Source: Pseudovirgaria hyperparasitica (lineage: Eukaryota). Taken from it: a stretch of 64,000 nucleotides of DNA. The stretch lies in NCBI GenBank assembly GCA_010093815.1, contig ML996569.1. The stretch is one strand, 5' to 3'. The notes beneath the pieces are model-generated. The model had not been told where the DNA came from. It made no database searches and saw only the letters and a program-made list of their open reading frames with translations. Position 1 is the first letter of the stretch. Every line of letters starts with the position of its first letter. This document shows, piece by piece, positions 38,696 through 51,605 of the stretch. The position numbers and the translations under genes were made by a program.

Positions 38696-39888
38696 ATGTC
38701 GCTTTTTGGCCAAACGGCATCCGCTGCTACAGCTGCAAACCCGGCACAAGGTGATATCAAATCCGATGTACCAGTTACGAATCCGCCAGAAGACAGTATA
38801 TCTGCACTTGCATGGTCAAGTGCGGGAGACTATCTGTCCGCTAGCTCGTGGGACAAGAAGACGTATGTTTATCAGGTGCAGGCTGGTGTGAGCTCAGGTT
38901 TGACGACGATTACGCATGAAAAGCCAGCGCTGGATACGTGTTGGTCGAGTGTAAGGAAGACTTATTACCCTGGGCTGAGCTTTGGACTGACAGTTGGGCA
39001 GGATGGTACTAAAGTCTTTTCTGCCGGCGCAGACAAAGCCGTGTTCATGGTGGACATGAATAACATGGGCCAAGGGCAGAAACAGGTCGCAGCCCATGAT
39101 GACACAATAAGCTGTGTGCGTATTCTGGTAGTCAATGGCAAAGATATGCTAGTTACAGGCTCATGGGACAAAACGATCCGGTACTGGGATCTCACATCTT
39201 CGACCCCTCAGGCCCAAGTCACAGTTGCAGAACGGGTCTACACGATGGACACAAAAAATAATCTACTTGTAGTTGGTACTGCAGATCGCTGGATTGAGGT
39301 TTTTGACGTCAGCAGCAACCCATCAGTTCCCGTCAAAAAGCTCCAGAGTCCGCTGAAATGGCAGACACGGGTTGTGTCGTGCTTCAATGATGCCTCGGGT
39401 TATGCAGTCGGAAGTATCGAAGGCCGATGTGCGATACAATATGTTAAGGATAGTGACAGCGGGTATGTCTCTCCACCAAAGAACCCTGCTTACGACGACA
39501 TGTGCTAATCTGTACTACACACAGCTCGAACTTCTCCTTCAAGTGCCACCGGCAGAACGATACAAACAATCGAGACGTTGCCAAGGTGTATTCTGTCAAC
39601 TGCATCTCATTTCACCCTGTACACGGCACATTCAGCACTGCGGGTGCCGATGGGACTTTCCATTTTTGGGACAAAGATGCCAAGCATCGTTTGAAGGGCT
39701 ATCCAGAAGTCGGTGGTACAATCAGCGCGACAGCGTTCAACCGGAATGGAGAGATCTTCGCGTATGCAGTCAGTTATGACTGGAGTCAAGGGTTTCAAGG
39801 AAACAATCCGAACTACCCGAACAAGATCATGCTGCATCCTGTCGGTGCGGATGAGTGCAAACCACGACCCGGGAGCAAGAAGCGATAG
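38696..39888 (+). CDS. GLE2: Poly(A)+ RNA export WD40 protein Rae1/Gle2
   Basis: PPEDSIS, LVTGSWDKTIRYWD, SPLKWQTR, GSIEGRCAI, FSFKCHR, FWDKDAKHRLK and YDWSQG. Introns at ~38951-39001 and ~39463-39524. Confidence 0.95.
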
Positions 39889-41071
39889 TAAAGGATATCT
39901 TGTGGCTGAGACATCAAAAAAATCGAACCAGTTGACTAATATCGATCCAATGAATGGCATGGCGTTATGGGTGTATAGTATATATAGGATGTTTCGCGAG
40001 CATTTCGAAATGTTCTGGCGGATTTGTTGCACGTAGAGCATGGAAAATGGTTCGTACTTAGGACTGCAGGATATCCGACTTATTCGTATATCGCAATGAT
40101 CACATCCTATGAGGCAATATCCGCCTTGGATTTCAGCAAATCAGATTCCTGCTTATTATTCAACATCACATTCTTATACCTAGTATCGATGCAGCCCCAG
40201 TACATCAAGGAGTAATACAAGATAAGACAAGGCTGCTCTGCCCCCAAAAAATTCACTACCCGGTAGAGATGCGCCCAGATTGCCCTTGATAAGCATAGCT
40301 CCGTCGTTGCGGATTCTTCCTCTGACACACCTCTTCACTCCTGCAGAGTCATCAGTTGGTCAAATAGTACTGGGCCAAGCTGATGATTAATCCTTTGCGG
40401 TGACTTGTGGTTTCTTAAACGTCTTATAGTATGCTGAACTCAAACGACTTTAGGAAGGTCAACTGAGTACTATTGCCTCAAGTCCTGCTGGAATAAAAAG
40501 TGCGAGGTATCTAATTCTATTTACACGTAGCAAAATCATATATTGATAAGCAGCGACAAGCAGCGTGATTGCCAAATATAATTCTGTCTTCGGAATCCGC
40601 CTCTGACTTCCATTTCCTTCGTTTGAGCACCCTCTAGTCAAATCTTACTGCTTGGTTAATGAGAAGCCATACTCCTGTCTTTTCACAATGTCGAATCGTT
40701 GAGAGTCACCGATGCCCTATCCCAATAGCATCGGAATGAGGTTTTCTACCTGCTACATGGCGATACTCGAGCAGCGTTTACACAATATACAAACTCCTTT
40801 GTTCGAAGCCTTAACCGTAGTCAGAGTGATTAACTGTGAGACATTGCACGCAGTCCCCAACATCTTCGAAATCATCACCAACAGACTCCGTCTATACAGA
40901 TCTTATTGTCTTAATCCAGTCTCATACTTTGTGAACTTAACATTGAGTTGAATATCTAGAGGCACCTGGTTTGCGTAAGGAAGTGAAGAGGCATATGAAG
41001 ATTCATCACTGTCTCCACGAGATAGTATCTACATCCTCCGGAGTTGAGCCATCCACGCAAAATTTAGACGT

Positions 41072-41983
41072 CTACAATACCTGCATATCTAAAATCTCCC
41101 TTTCCTTCCCAAATACTACCCGGACATGTCTTCCCTCTCCATTCTCTTTTCCCACAAACAAGCCTTTCCTCAGACGCCCCAGATACATTTCGTAACTTGG
41201 CATATACCCCTGAATGAACTCCTCAACCTGCTCATCACCCATCCCAGTCCCTTTCGTCTGGATCAATGTATGTTCCTGCTGCGATCTCCACATATACACA
41301 TTCTCTAGTTTCTCTGTATCCAGATGAATGAAACAATCAAACGAGTCTGGTCCCATAAATGAACGACAATACCTCGTGAGATTCCGGTTCAGCTCCAGCA
41401 GATGCTCGATGTGATGCATTGGCAGTGTATTGGTCAGTGACACAGGGCTCTCTGATGCCTCTTTCAGTTTCATGCTGAGATCATCCTCTGAAATCGGCTG
41501 AAAGCCCACGCACCACCCCTCGAACACCACGACCTGCACTGCAGACTCAACCACAGGCCACTGCTCCTCTGGCACACGATCGCCTTCACCATCAAACCTG
41601 CTTTTATCAAACATGGGGATCCGCACAGGCTCGGTTCCCTTCCTTCCTCCCTTCATCGCATCAAAGAAGCGGCTCGCTAGTTGCTCATCATGGGTTCCTG
41701 GCTGGCCTCTCGTGCGAAACAGTCTGTTCTCTGGATTCTCATCCCGTAATCTGATGAGTTGAGCGTGTGTGAGGTAGAAGTCATCGAGTGAGACGGTGAT
41801 TGCATTGAGATTATGTTCTGTTGATAACAAGGCGACGATCGCGTGAGCCCATGTTGATTTGCCGGAGCCCTGTAAACCGGAAACGCCGATAAAGACTGGT
41901 TGGGAGGGGTCAGATGCTACTTTATGCTGAATCTGTGGAAGAAGAAGGTTGAGAACTTTGCAGGCGCTGACTTGGACGACCAT
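41072..41983 (-). CDS. P-loop kinase of the Tda10/plant-type D-glycerate 3-kinase (GLYK) family
   Basis: GLQGSGKST, SLDDFYL, TRGQPGTHD, FDKS..GEGDR, EGWCVGF, WR.QQE and YMPSYE. Confidence 0.85.
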   Translation of the reverse strand: MVVQVSACKVLNLLLPQIQHKVASDPSQPVFIGVSGLQGSGKSTWAHAIVALLSTEHNLNAITVSLDDFYLTHAQLIRLRDENPENRLFRTRGQPGTHDEQLASRFFDAMKGGRKGTEPVRIPMFDKSRFDGEGDRVPEEQWPVVESAVQVVVFEGWCVGFQPISEDDLSMKLKEASESPVSLTNTLPMHHIEHLLELNRNLTRYCRSFMGPDSFDCFIHLDTEKLENVYMWRSQQEHTLIQTKGTGMGDEQVEEFIQGYMPSYEMYLGRLRKGLFVGKENGEGRHVRVVFGKEREILDMQVL

Positions 41984-42570
41984 TGTGTGGAAATGCTGTT
42001 TGTCGTTGTGGAATGATCATGAGGTTTCAGGTCGAATCACGGATGCAGACATCGTGTTGGTGTGGGGTATCGGATTGAATAGTAGCAAATGGGTACCTAG
42101 ATTTTGAAGTTCAAACATCAACCACTGTGATGCGTAGAGTCATCAGCTTGAAGGTCGTTGGCTCGTCTTAGATATCATCTCCCACAATTCTCATCCGGAT
42201 CGCTCCCGGAGTTGATGGACTTGACGCTTGAGGCGTTGGGTGTTCCTAAGATACCGGCATTGGGAGACTCCACGAGCTCACACAGTTTAGTTCCGACTAT
42301 GAACAGCATCTCTCCGTCTCACCGTATTGTCTGTCATACACCAAACTAGTCTTCTGCAGAAGCCAGCTCACAGTCTCGAAAAACTACCTATGCAGCACAT
42401 ATGCGCGCGCATGTCTCAACCTCTAGTTTATCATGTTCGAGCTTCGTCAGTGGGGCATTAACCAAAACAATACCCCACCAAATATACCATGTGTTATATG
42501 GTCTTCTTGATCCACACCTCATATATAACTCCTCCGAACATCTCGATCATACCATCGTAGAACAGTGGCA

Positions 42571-43776
42571 ATGTCCCCTGCGACTCCCTCCCGCAAGCAT
42601 TCCATCGCTTGTATACCTGCAGACGGCATTGGGCCCGAAGTCATTAGTGCAGGCGTCGCCGTCCTGAAAGAACTTGCTGCCCTGGACGGCACATTTGAGC
42701 TCATATTCACAAACTACGACTGGAGCTCTGCGACATATAAGAAGAGTGGCAAATATATACCCGATGGCGGCCTTGAGAGTCTCAAGAAGCATGATGCGAT
42801 TCTATTCGGCGCCGTGGGCGCCCCAGGTACGTTCCGCCCAATTTTCTTTCCTATTTCACACTGCGCTTTCTTCTCGGGACTACAAAATGAGTAGGACGTG
42901 TGCGAGTATTGGCCAACACACATAGATGTCCCCGATCATATAAGCCTCTGGGGTCTGCGCCTCGCAATCTGCCAACCACTCCAACAGTACGCGAATGTGC
43001 GACCAACGAAGATCTTCCGTGGCACACAGTCTCCACTACGTGCCACGTCCGCCGGTGATCTTGACTGGGTGATTATACGCGAGAACAGCGAGGGTGAATA
43101 CGCGGGCCAAGGAGGGCGGTCACACGTCGGGCAGCCGTGGGAGACTGCAACTGAAGTAAGCATCTTCACTCGACATGCTGTAACGAGATTACTGGAGTTT
43201 GCTTTTGAAATGGCGCGGAAGAGGCCAAAGAAGCATATAATTGTTGTGACGAAGAGTAATGCGCAGCGCAATGGTATGGTCATGTGGGATGAAATCGCGA
43301 GTAGTGTGGCAAAGAGATTTCCGGATGTGACAGTGGAAAAGATGTTAGTAGACGCAATGACGTGTAGGATGGTGCTACAGCCGAGCAGTATCGACACTAT
43401 TGTCGCGACGAATCTGCATGCTGACATCCTGTCCGACCTTGCGGCTGCATTAGCTGGAAGTATCGGTATTGCACCAACGAGTAATTTGGACCCGACAAGG
43501 CAGAACCCGAGTATGTTCGAGCCGATCCATGGGAGTGCGTTTGATATCACTGGTAAAGGGATCGCAAATCCGGTGGGTACATTCTGGACGGCGGCAGAGC
43601 TGTTGAAATGGCTGGGTGAGGAAGAGGCGGCGGCCAACATGATGGAGTGTGTGGAGAACGTGTGTGAGGCTGGAATTCTGACGAGAGATCTGGGTGGCAA
43701 GGCAGAAACGAAAGAAGTTACGGAGGCGGTAATTGCGGAGTTGAGAAGATCATATCTTCTTGCTAAGAAGGATTGA
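42571..43776 (+). CDS. Tartrate dehydrogenase/decarboxylase (TtuC/DmlA-like; isocitrate/isopropylmalate dehydrogenase family)
   Basis: IPADGIGPEV, PDHISLWGL..QYANVRP, RENSEGEY, DILSDL and FEPIHGSAFDI. Intron at 42827-42925. Confidence 0.88.
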
Positions 43777-45672
43777 ATCCCTTTGAAGTTGCCGGTGTTG
43801 TAGACTGTTCATAAGTCCACTGCATTGGATATGCTTTTCACTTGGCCTGATATCTTGACCTCACTGGCGGAAAACCAAGGTAGCTATCAAGTACATTCGC
43901 AGCTATAAGGTTTCTTTTGAACAATCAGGGATATCATCAATGGACTTGACTTGGATCTCGTTTCTGCCAGTTGACTTTCTTTGAAGCGCTAAGCTTGTTG
44001 GGTAACTAGAGCACGGTCAGCGAAATCAATTGACCGTTATAGGACTTATTTGCACCCCCATTAGGCTCAGACCTGCGCCCGTAGAATGGGTCGACGCGCA
44101 TATGATCTTCCCAGAACGACTTCCGGTTATAGTTCCAAGAATATTGCATTGGGATTTCAAGCTTGGCGACTGTCTGGAAACGGTATTTGTCTTGATGCCA
44201 TGGGATTCTGACACATTTCCCAAGCTGTTCGTCCAGATTTCTAAGTAGCTGACTGAAATAGGTATTCGACTTGGTGAACACCATGGCATCCATTTAGCCA
44301 CATGTCCAAGGTGTCCTCTGGGCCATCAGCTGTCACAATCTCCTTTCCAGGGTCTTTTGGGTCGCAGTATTTGGTACAAGCCTATACTTGCAAACATAGT
44401 CACCAGATCGATAGGCGGGTCGGGAGCGTACAGGGGAGTTTCGAGTTGCGTATTATGGAGCTAGTCAAGTCCTGGCTGTAGATCGGTATCCTGGCGCTTT
44501 TCCAGTGCCTTGTAGTACTCCTCCTTGCTATCGTATCTCGAACGAAGTTCGAAAATCTCGTTTGTGGTTTTCGCATCGGCAACCTCATGCACAGGAGCTG
44601 AATTAAACTCGATGTCTTAAGTCGGAATACTTTTACTTGCGTCGAAGAAGTCACCTTTTACGTTGAACACCAATATAGCAAGTTCTCTGGACTTCAGAAT
44701 ACGATCGTGCGGGCCTGGATCGCCCGATTCAGTACTATGACGAAGTGCAGCAGGATACTCTGTTTGCTTGTGGAACAGCTCGGTCTGGCTCAGGTGTGCT
44801 GGCAGGTCGTGCTCAACCTCGAAAACACCCCCGAGGAGTCCTTAGTGCGAGCGTGTGTACCTAGGCTAGATTAAAGGTCTGATGAAGGACTTATATAAAT
44901 TGATGAAGTTACCTCCAAACGCATGACAACATTTATTCTATTGCCCCTATGGCATCTGATTGATCTTTTCGGCAACGGCTTGAACCTGCTCTTCATCTGC
45001 TGGTATCTTGGTAACGCCATTGGCGTTCCAGTGGATGTACCTCCTGCTTCGTAAATTTGGCATACTGAGTATTTAGTTTGGAGAATCCTTGCCCGCCATA
45101 AGATGACTGAGGCAATGGAGCTATCATAGCTCTTAACAATGTGGACGACTCGGGGCCGTTGACTTATTAAGCCCACTGATGTCAGTACTCAGACGAAGAC
45201 CAGCAAGACTAGTCTTGCAGACTACCACTCACCTGCAGATGGCTTTTCACTAATCTACGATTGGCTCTAATGGCAAATGTAAATGTTGATACATTTCATC
45301 TCAGGGAACACGCATCTTTCTGTAGCAGACGGCGACCGGTCTTGCGTGATCTTTAGGCCATCGCTAAAAGTCTCACTAGATAGATGTCTTTCTCGTTGCG
45401 CGAAGGACAGATTGAACTTTGCACACTCCATAAATTTAGCTCAGCACTGCATCCGTGTATAATTCCGATACGATTGACGCGCACCAACGTCTAGACGTTG
45501 TAGAAGTCGCTCGGCGCTAGTGATCCATGGCCTTTACGAAGCCACCTGGTGGAACGTCCGCACCGAACATCTGTTACAACACACCACCAACATGGCCCTG
45601 CACGTTTAGACCATCCCCCGAACCATGCCCTGCCATTCATGCTACATCTAACTACAGCATCTTTCTCCTACA

Positions 45673-47669
45673 ATGGCGACAGCTAACACTTCAGAACCAG
45701 TACAAAACTCTATAGGTCAGAATTCGTTTCGAAACGCAGCTCAAGGCTGACAACGCCATGTCCACCTCAACTAACATGATACCAGCTTCAATCTCGAAGG
45801 TGAAGAAGAATAAGAAAAAGAAAAAGGCTCCTGCAGCCAGAGTAGAACCCGAGTCTCAAAGCTCAGAAGTCAATGGAGCGCCAGACCATGTTGATGTGGA
45901 TGACGTGGAGGATGGAGAAGAAGAGCCTGAGACACCCGTGGTAAGGCTACCTGCGCGGCTTGAAAGAGCTACATGAGCTGACCAGACCGTCGACTCAATC
46001 ACATCGAATAGAGACAGAAGACAAGGAATTGGTCGTCGCGGAACCTGCACTATCCAAAGACACTACGACAAATGGACACACAAGCCGACAAGCCTTCGTC
46101 CGGTCCCGGTCCAGCCCCGAGGATCTATCTGACGATACGTCTGAGCGCTTGGATGCTCTAGCCAAAGAGCGCGACAACCTTCGACTCGAGGTTACAGAAT
46201 TGCGGAAGTCCTTAGAATCGATACAGTCGAAGCATGAGGAGGAAACCTCCGGGTTGAAAGAGGAATTGGAGGAGACACAAAGTGGCAAAGAGCATGCCGA
46301 GACGCAATACCGCAATTTGCTTGGAAAGGTCAACACAATTAGGTCACAGCTTGGTGATCGCCTAAAGCAAGATGCTGTATATATTCAGAGTTCCTATGCA
46401 TAGCTCGATCATACTAATGAAGCAACAGGAGGAGCTCGGTATTAAACAAACGCGGATAGAAGAGCTTGAGGAACAGAATCGCGACATGAAGGAGATTAAC
46501 GAATCCTTAGAGGAGGACGTTCAACAGTTGCGCAAATCCAACGAACAGCAAGCTTCAGAGATCTCAAGCTTGAGGAGTCGTTCGAGCGTGTCACAACAGA
46601 ACTGGGTGCAAGAGCGAGACGAGTTGATACAGAGGGAGGCGTACGCCAGGGAGGAGTTCGAAAACGCACGTCAAGCGATGCAGGATTGGGAAGTGCTAGC
46701 CATGGAAGAGCGGTCCTTGCGAGAAAATCTTAGTGAGAAGATTTCCGACCTTGAGGAGCAGCTTGTCAGCATGCAAGACGCCTACCAAAGCGTAACGGCA
46801 GATCGGGACGCAAAGGTGTCAACCTTGGATACTCTGCAGAGGCGCGTACAGGAGGAGCACGACGGTAAGATTGCACACCTTAGATACTGTAACACCACTC
46901 ATGCCTGGCATAGCACGGAAGAAAGAGCTTAGAGAGCTCGTTGAAAGATCAGAGACTCAACTTGAGGAATTGCGCAAGAAGTTCCAATCTGCCGAGACAA
47001 CGGCAGCGGAAGCCACCAGCAAGTTCGAGACTGCCCAGAAAGAGCTGGAGCGGACATCCGAATTCGAAGCACAAGTGAAGGAGAAGAATCTTTTGATTGG
47101 CAAGCTCCGACACGAAGCAGTGATTCTTAATGATCATCTCAGGAAGGCTCTACGTTTGCTACGGAAAGGCAAACCTGAAGATAATATAGATCGGTCTGCT
47201 GTACAAACATTCGCGATTGAGTCGCGCTAATTTTTTTAGGAACATCGTTACAAATCATTTCCTCCACTTCCTTGCCCTCGACAGATCCGACCCAAAGAAG
47301 TTCCAAATCCTCCAGCTTATCGCTGCTCTTCTCAACTGGAGCGATGATCAACGCGAGCAGGCGGGTTTATCACGACCAGGCGGCTCTAATGTAAACCTTC
47401 GCATTCCCGTATCACCTTTCCGTCGCACACCCAGCACGCCAAGTCTTGGTACTGATACGATGCTCACGACAGAGAGCAGCTCCGCCAAAGAAAGCTTAGC
47501 GGAACTATGGAGCAACTTTTTGGAACAGGAGGCAGCGGCAGGTCAAGCTGAGGTCAAGGGAAGTCCATTGATGAGCCGTCGAGAAAGTGCTGCAAGCCCT
47601 GGGAACGATTCAGACCTTCAGAAGGGAAAGGAGCGAGCAGTCAGTCATTCAGGACTAGGCATATCGTAG
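45673..47669 (+). CDS. RUD3: Golgin with C-terminal GRAB/GRIP-like domain (Rud3/GMAP-210-like)
   Basis: Long coiled coil ending in EDNIDR|NIVTNHFLHFLALDRSDPKKFQILQLIAALLNWSDDQREQAGL. About five introns. Confidence 0.75.
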
Positions 47670-48044
47670 CATGCGTTTCGGTTCTTTGCATGGTAACCCA
47701 TTTAGCACTGTGGAAATTTCGTGTTCGATTCATGATTACCAGCTTGTACTATACTAGACCATACACAGTACATAATTGTACATCTGACACAGATCTGCTC
47801 GCGTTGATTTGCCAAGATCCATCAATTCGTAGGGTTTGAGTTTCCCCTTCCTCGTTGCCGGACCCTGCATCACCAGGGCACGTTCCCCACACTCAACCTT
47901 TGCTGCTGCAGGCAGACGTTCTAACAAGCCCACCCTTCTCAAATGCCATTGTGCTCGCACATCCGACCCCTTTTGTCCCTTATACATCCCAGAGCATTCG
48001 TAAGAGTCCCTCGGTACACATATATCTTACCTCGTCTTTACACA

Positions 48045-48727
48045 ATGGCGCCCAGCCCTAACACCCAAGCCATCGAGAAAAACCGACCCATCGTAATCAG
48101 CGGCCCCAGCGGCGCCGGTAAAAGCACAATCCTCAAGAAACTCTTCACCGAATTTCCCGATAAATTCGGCTTCAGCGTGAGTCGTACGTGTAATTCCTGC
48201 ATACGTCGCCCACCAGCATCCCGCAATCCAGCATATATTGACAAACCTAACCCCAAGACACGACACGTTCCCCACGCCCCGGCGAACTTGACGGCCGTGA
48301 ATACCACTTTACAAGCCCGGAAACATTCTTGCAGATGGTCTCCGACGATGCTTTCATCGAGCATGCGCAATTCGGCGGGAACCGGTATGGCACCAGTATA
48401 GCGGCCGTCGAAAGTATTGCATCTACCGGGCGCATCTGCATACTAGACATTGAGCTCGAGGGCGTGAAGCAAGTTGCGAGCCACAAGACGTTTCCGCGGC
48501 CTTTCTTTTTGTTCTTGGCCCCACCGAGTCTGGATGTTTTAGAGGAGAGGTTGAGGGCGAGAGCGACGGATAATGAAGACGCGATTCAGAAGAGACTGGC
48601 GCAGGCAAAAGTCGAGATGGACTTCGCGGAGAGAGGGGAAATACATGATCAGGTCGTAGTGAATGAGGATTTGGAGAAGGCGTATAATGAGGTCAGGAGG
48701 TTTGTGGAGGAACGGGTAGGAGTGTAG
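48045..48727 (+). CDS. GUK1: Guanylate kinase
   Basis: [41 protein letters not shown] and LDIELEG. One intron at ~48184-48257. There is a possible upstream ATG at 47943. Confidence 0.95.
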
Positions 48728-49133
48728 GCCTGTGCATGATTGAATAATGTATGATACCACAGTCGTTTAGACGTTCAAATAAACATTGCACACAAAACGT
48801 GAGATATCAAAGGCTTAAGGCGGGATATAATGCGCTCTCATATTATCATAGCTCTACTCCAATAAGGGTACTAAGAAATTATAGGTAGTAAAGAGAAGCT
48901 GCCCAGCGCTAATTTTAATCCGACGCATCAGATCTGTAGGTAATAAAATAATCTTCGAAGTGAGTAGGCTTGTCCGTCCTGACTGAAGTACACCCTGGCT
49001 CCCAACTCTCCTGTTCATATTGGAGAAGCTGCATATGTGGACACCAAACCCGTCCTCTTGTTGCTAAAGATCCATAGAGTCACAATCCCACCATATCAGC
49101 CTCTACCGACAACTGCTTCCTCAATCGTCCGTC

Positions 49134-50313
49134 TTAATATCCGTTCATGGTCATCCTCTGGCTATTCCTGCTGAGCTCACGGTCAGCAGCAGGAGAGATA
49201 GGCCTGCTCCCATGTCCAGCAGCAGAGCTCTCCTTAAGCGCGAGAAGCTGTTTAGCACGGAAGGACTCGTAGTGGATCTGCGAGGTTGTTTCGATAAGGT
49301 CTTGAAGGTGGGTGCGCGTAAGGAAGTTTCGTAGATAGACGAATTCGCAGTGGTTTTCATCCTCAACTATGCTATGGTTAGCCCTCGGTAGTAGATATAT
49401 AGTTGGTAGTAGATTACCATTGATAACGCCCCATCGGTTTTGACGGCCGCGCACCTGCTTGCCGTTGACGACAATGGTCTTCTCAGATCCAACAACGGCA
49501 AAAGGGATGATACTCTGAATATCTGTCAGATACTGATAGTCTCTGGACATGTCGACATATAACTGACCTTGATTTGCGCGTTCAGAGCAACCTCTTCTTG
49601 GTCAAGCTCATCGTTGTCGTATGGGTACATCCGAAGGTTGTGGAAAGCAAACTCCTCCTTTATCCTTTCCTTGAAGGCAGCGCGCTCTTCCAATGTTAAA
49701 GTATCGCTCTTGGCGATAACTGGAACCACGTTGACAAACTCTGACAGCTTCTTCAAGACGACAATGTCGATGGGCTTGAGAGCATGTCCTGATGGCTGGA
49801 TGAAGAACAAGCAGCAATGAATGCGGGTATCCTGGAGATATCGCTCACGCTGAGCGGTCAATTCCTTGCGCAGGTATGCGCTGTGTTGATCTTTGATGTA
49901 CTTGACGATCGGGTCCCAGCAGCGGTCGTTATTGATGAGGTCGCCATAACCCGGGGTATCGACAATGTTCAGTCTCAGACGTACACCGTTCTCTTCAATG
50001 ATATGAGAAACAGACTGAATTTCGGTGGTGCTACGAATGGGCTCGTCGGGCACGAGACGGCCCTTGCTGTCCATCAAGTGCGAAGCGAAGATGGTGTTGA
50101 TTAGGGTGGATTTGCCGAGACCAGTTTGACCTTATATGACCATTAATTCCATGTTGATAGAACACAAATATGAGATTCCATACCAACGCAGATGACATTG
50201 AACTGGAAACCGCGCTTCAAGAGCTTCTTCTCAATCTGCTGCGTGATGCTATCGAAACCGACATGGCTCTTTGGGTAGACTGACGGTTGCTGTTGGTTCA
50301 TGAGGGTGGCCAT
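49134..50313 (-). CDS. CDC10: Septin Cdc10/AspD
   Basis: HVGFDSITQQIEKKLLKRGFQFN, GQTGLGKSTLINT, DTPGYGD, AKSD and QTRWG-type motif. No C-terminal coiled coil. Three introns. Confidence 0.92.
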
Positions 50314-50627
50314 ATTGAGATATCTGCCTTTGCAGTCGACGATATAGTGACGATCGGAAAGGTAGACAGAAAAAGAGGCGGTATGGACGGTCGCACAATT
50401 GATGTTGTGGTGAGGAGAACAATTCAGGGTCGCTGGCCAAAAAGTTGGAGTCGTAGATGGGGAAAGGGGCAGCTGCGACGCGATCCCGGAAGGGGAAAGG
50501 TCGCCGCAAAAGCCATAGCTTCACATTTTGGTCTGGCGTGCATGCAAGGACTGCAACTGTTTTCTACTCTACTATCACCAACCTCACTAACCACCCGGCG
50601 AGAGTACCTCTTGAGTCCTCTGTTATC

Positions 50628-51266
50628 ATGGCACTTCGCCAATTGTCATCGCCATCGATGCTGGAGAGCCTAAATGCGGCCATTAACGGACCTATGCGTG
50701 CTTCCTTTGCACAACCTCTATGGCGACCTTTACCACAAATTCTTCCTCCTATCCGGATACCACTCGCACTCACCGGAATTTTCAGTATACCATCTATACT
50801 TGAGGGTATATGGGAGTCTATACTACGTGCGGTTCCCAAAAAGAAGACCTCGTACAGGAAAAAGAGACAGCGACTATTAGCTGGCAAGGCATTGAAGGAT
50901 ATCACTGAGCTGAATCGGTGCTCAGCTTGCGGTAGGGTGAAGCGAGCACATATCCTTTGCGCATTCTGCGTTCAATGTAAGTGGGCCTAGAATAAGACTT
51001 GGTCTAGACTTACCTTAACGCCAGCAATCATATCGAGTCGCGCGAGAAACCTCACAAAAAATATTTGGAGCCTTAAGCCTCTATCTTCAAAGCACAAGTG
51101 GGATCAGAAACCGAAAAAATTGAATATGGATGTAGATGTAGATGTCCAGTCAGTCGTCTCGACAAATGCGAAGGAAGTGAATGTCCGACCAGCTTCCACG
51201 ACAATGAAGGTAGCCCGAGCCCAAGCTCGATCAGCTTCATCTTCTACTAAAGCCAAGGCCAAATGA
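50628..51266 (+). CDS. MRPL32: Mitochondrial ribosomal protein bL32m
   Basis: RAVPKKKTSYRKKRQR...CSACGRVKRAHILCAFC after a presequence-like N terminus. Intron at ~50977-51024. Confidence 0.85.
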
Positions 51267-51605
51267 TTATATGTGACCCATGGATGTAGAATGTAAATAC
51301 AAAGCATTGCGGGAGTTTTACGGATATCGGTACGGAAGGACATTCCCTTCATGGGACGCAAGACACAAGTGCCCTCACCGATGTAGAAATTGTACAATTA
51401 TAACAATATCCTAGCTTGGCCCGTGTTTGAATGATTGCAGCTCGCTTTCGCTCGTGCATCGTGCGTCATGATATCCATGAATCAAGACTTCATCCCGCAA
51501 TACTGACAACCCCTCCACCACACCTAAACTTTCTCCGCTGTACGCGAACCTACCCAACCTTCTACCCAGTGTCACAAACGTGGTGAAGTGCTGCAGTTGC
51601 TCGGC

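Noticed and set aside
40818..40880. C-box/D-box pair on the minus strand (GTGATGA..CTGA)
   Set aside because: It is short, has no clear terminal stem and no recognisable rRNA-complementary guide.
42936..43700. 254-aa antisense ORF (and similar antisense ORFs over RAD52, ERG19, CYT2 and DENN)
   Set aside because: These are shadow frames of well-supported genes on the opposite strand.
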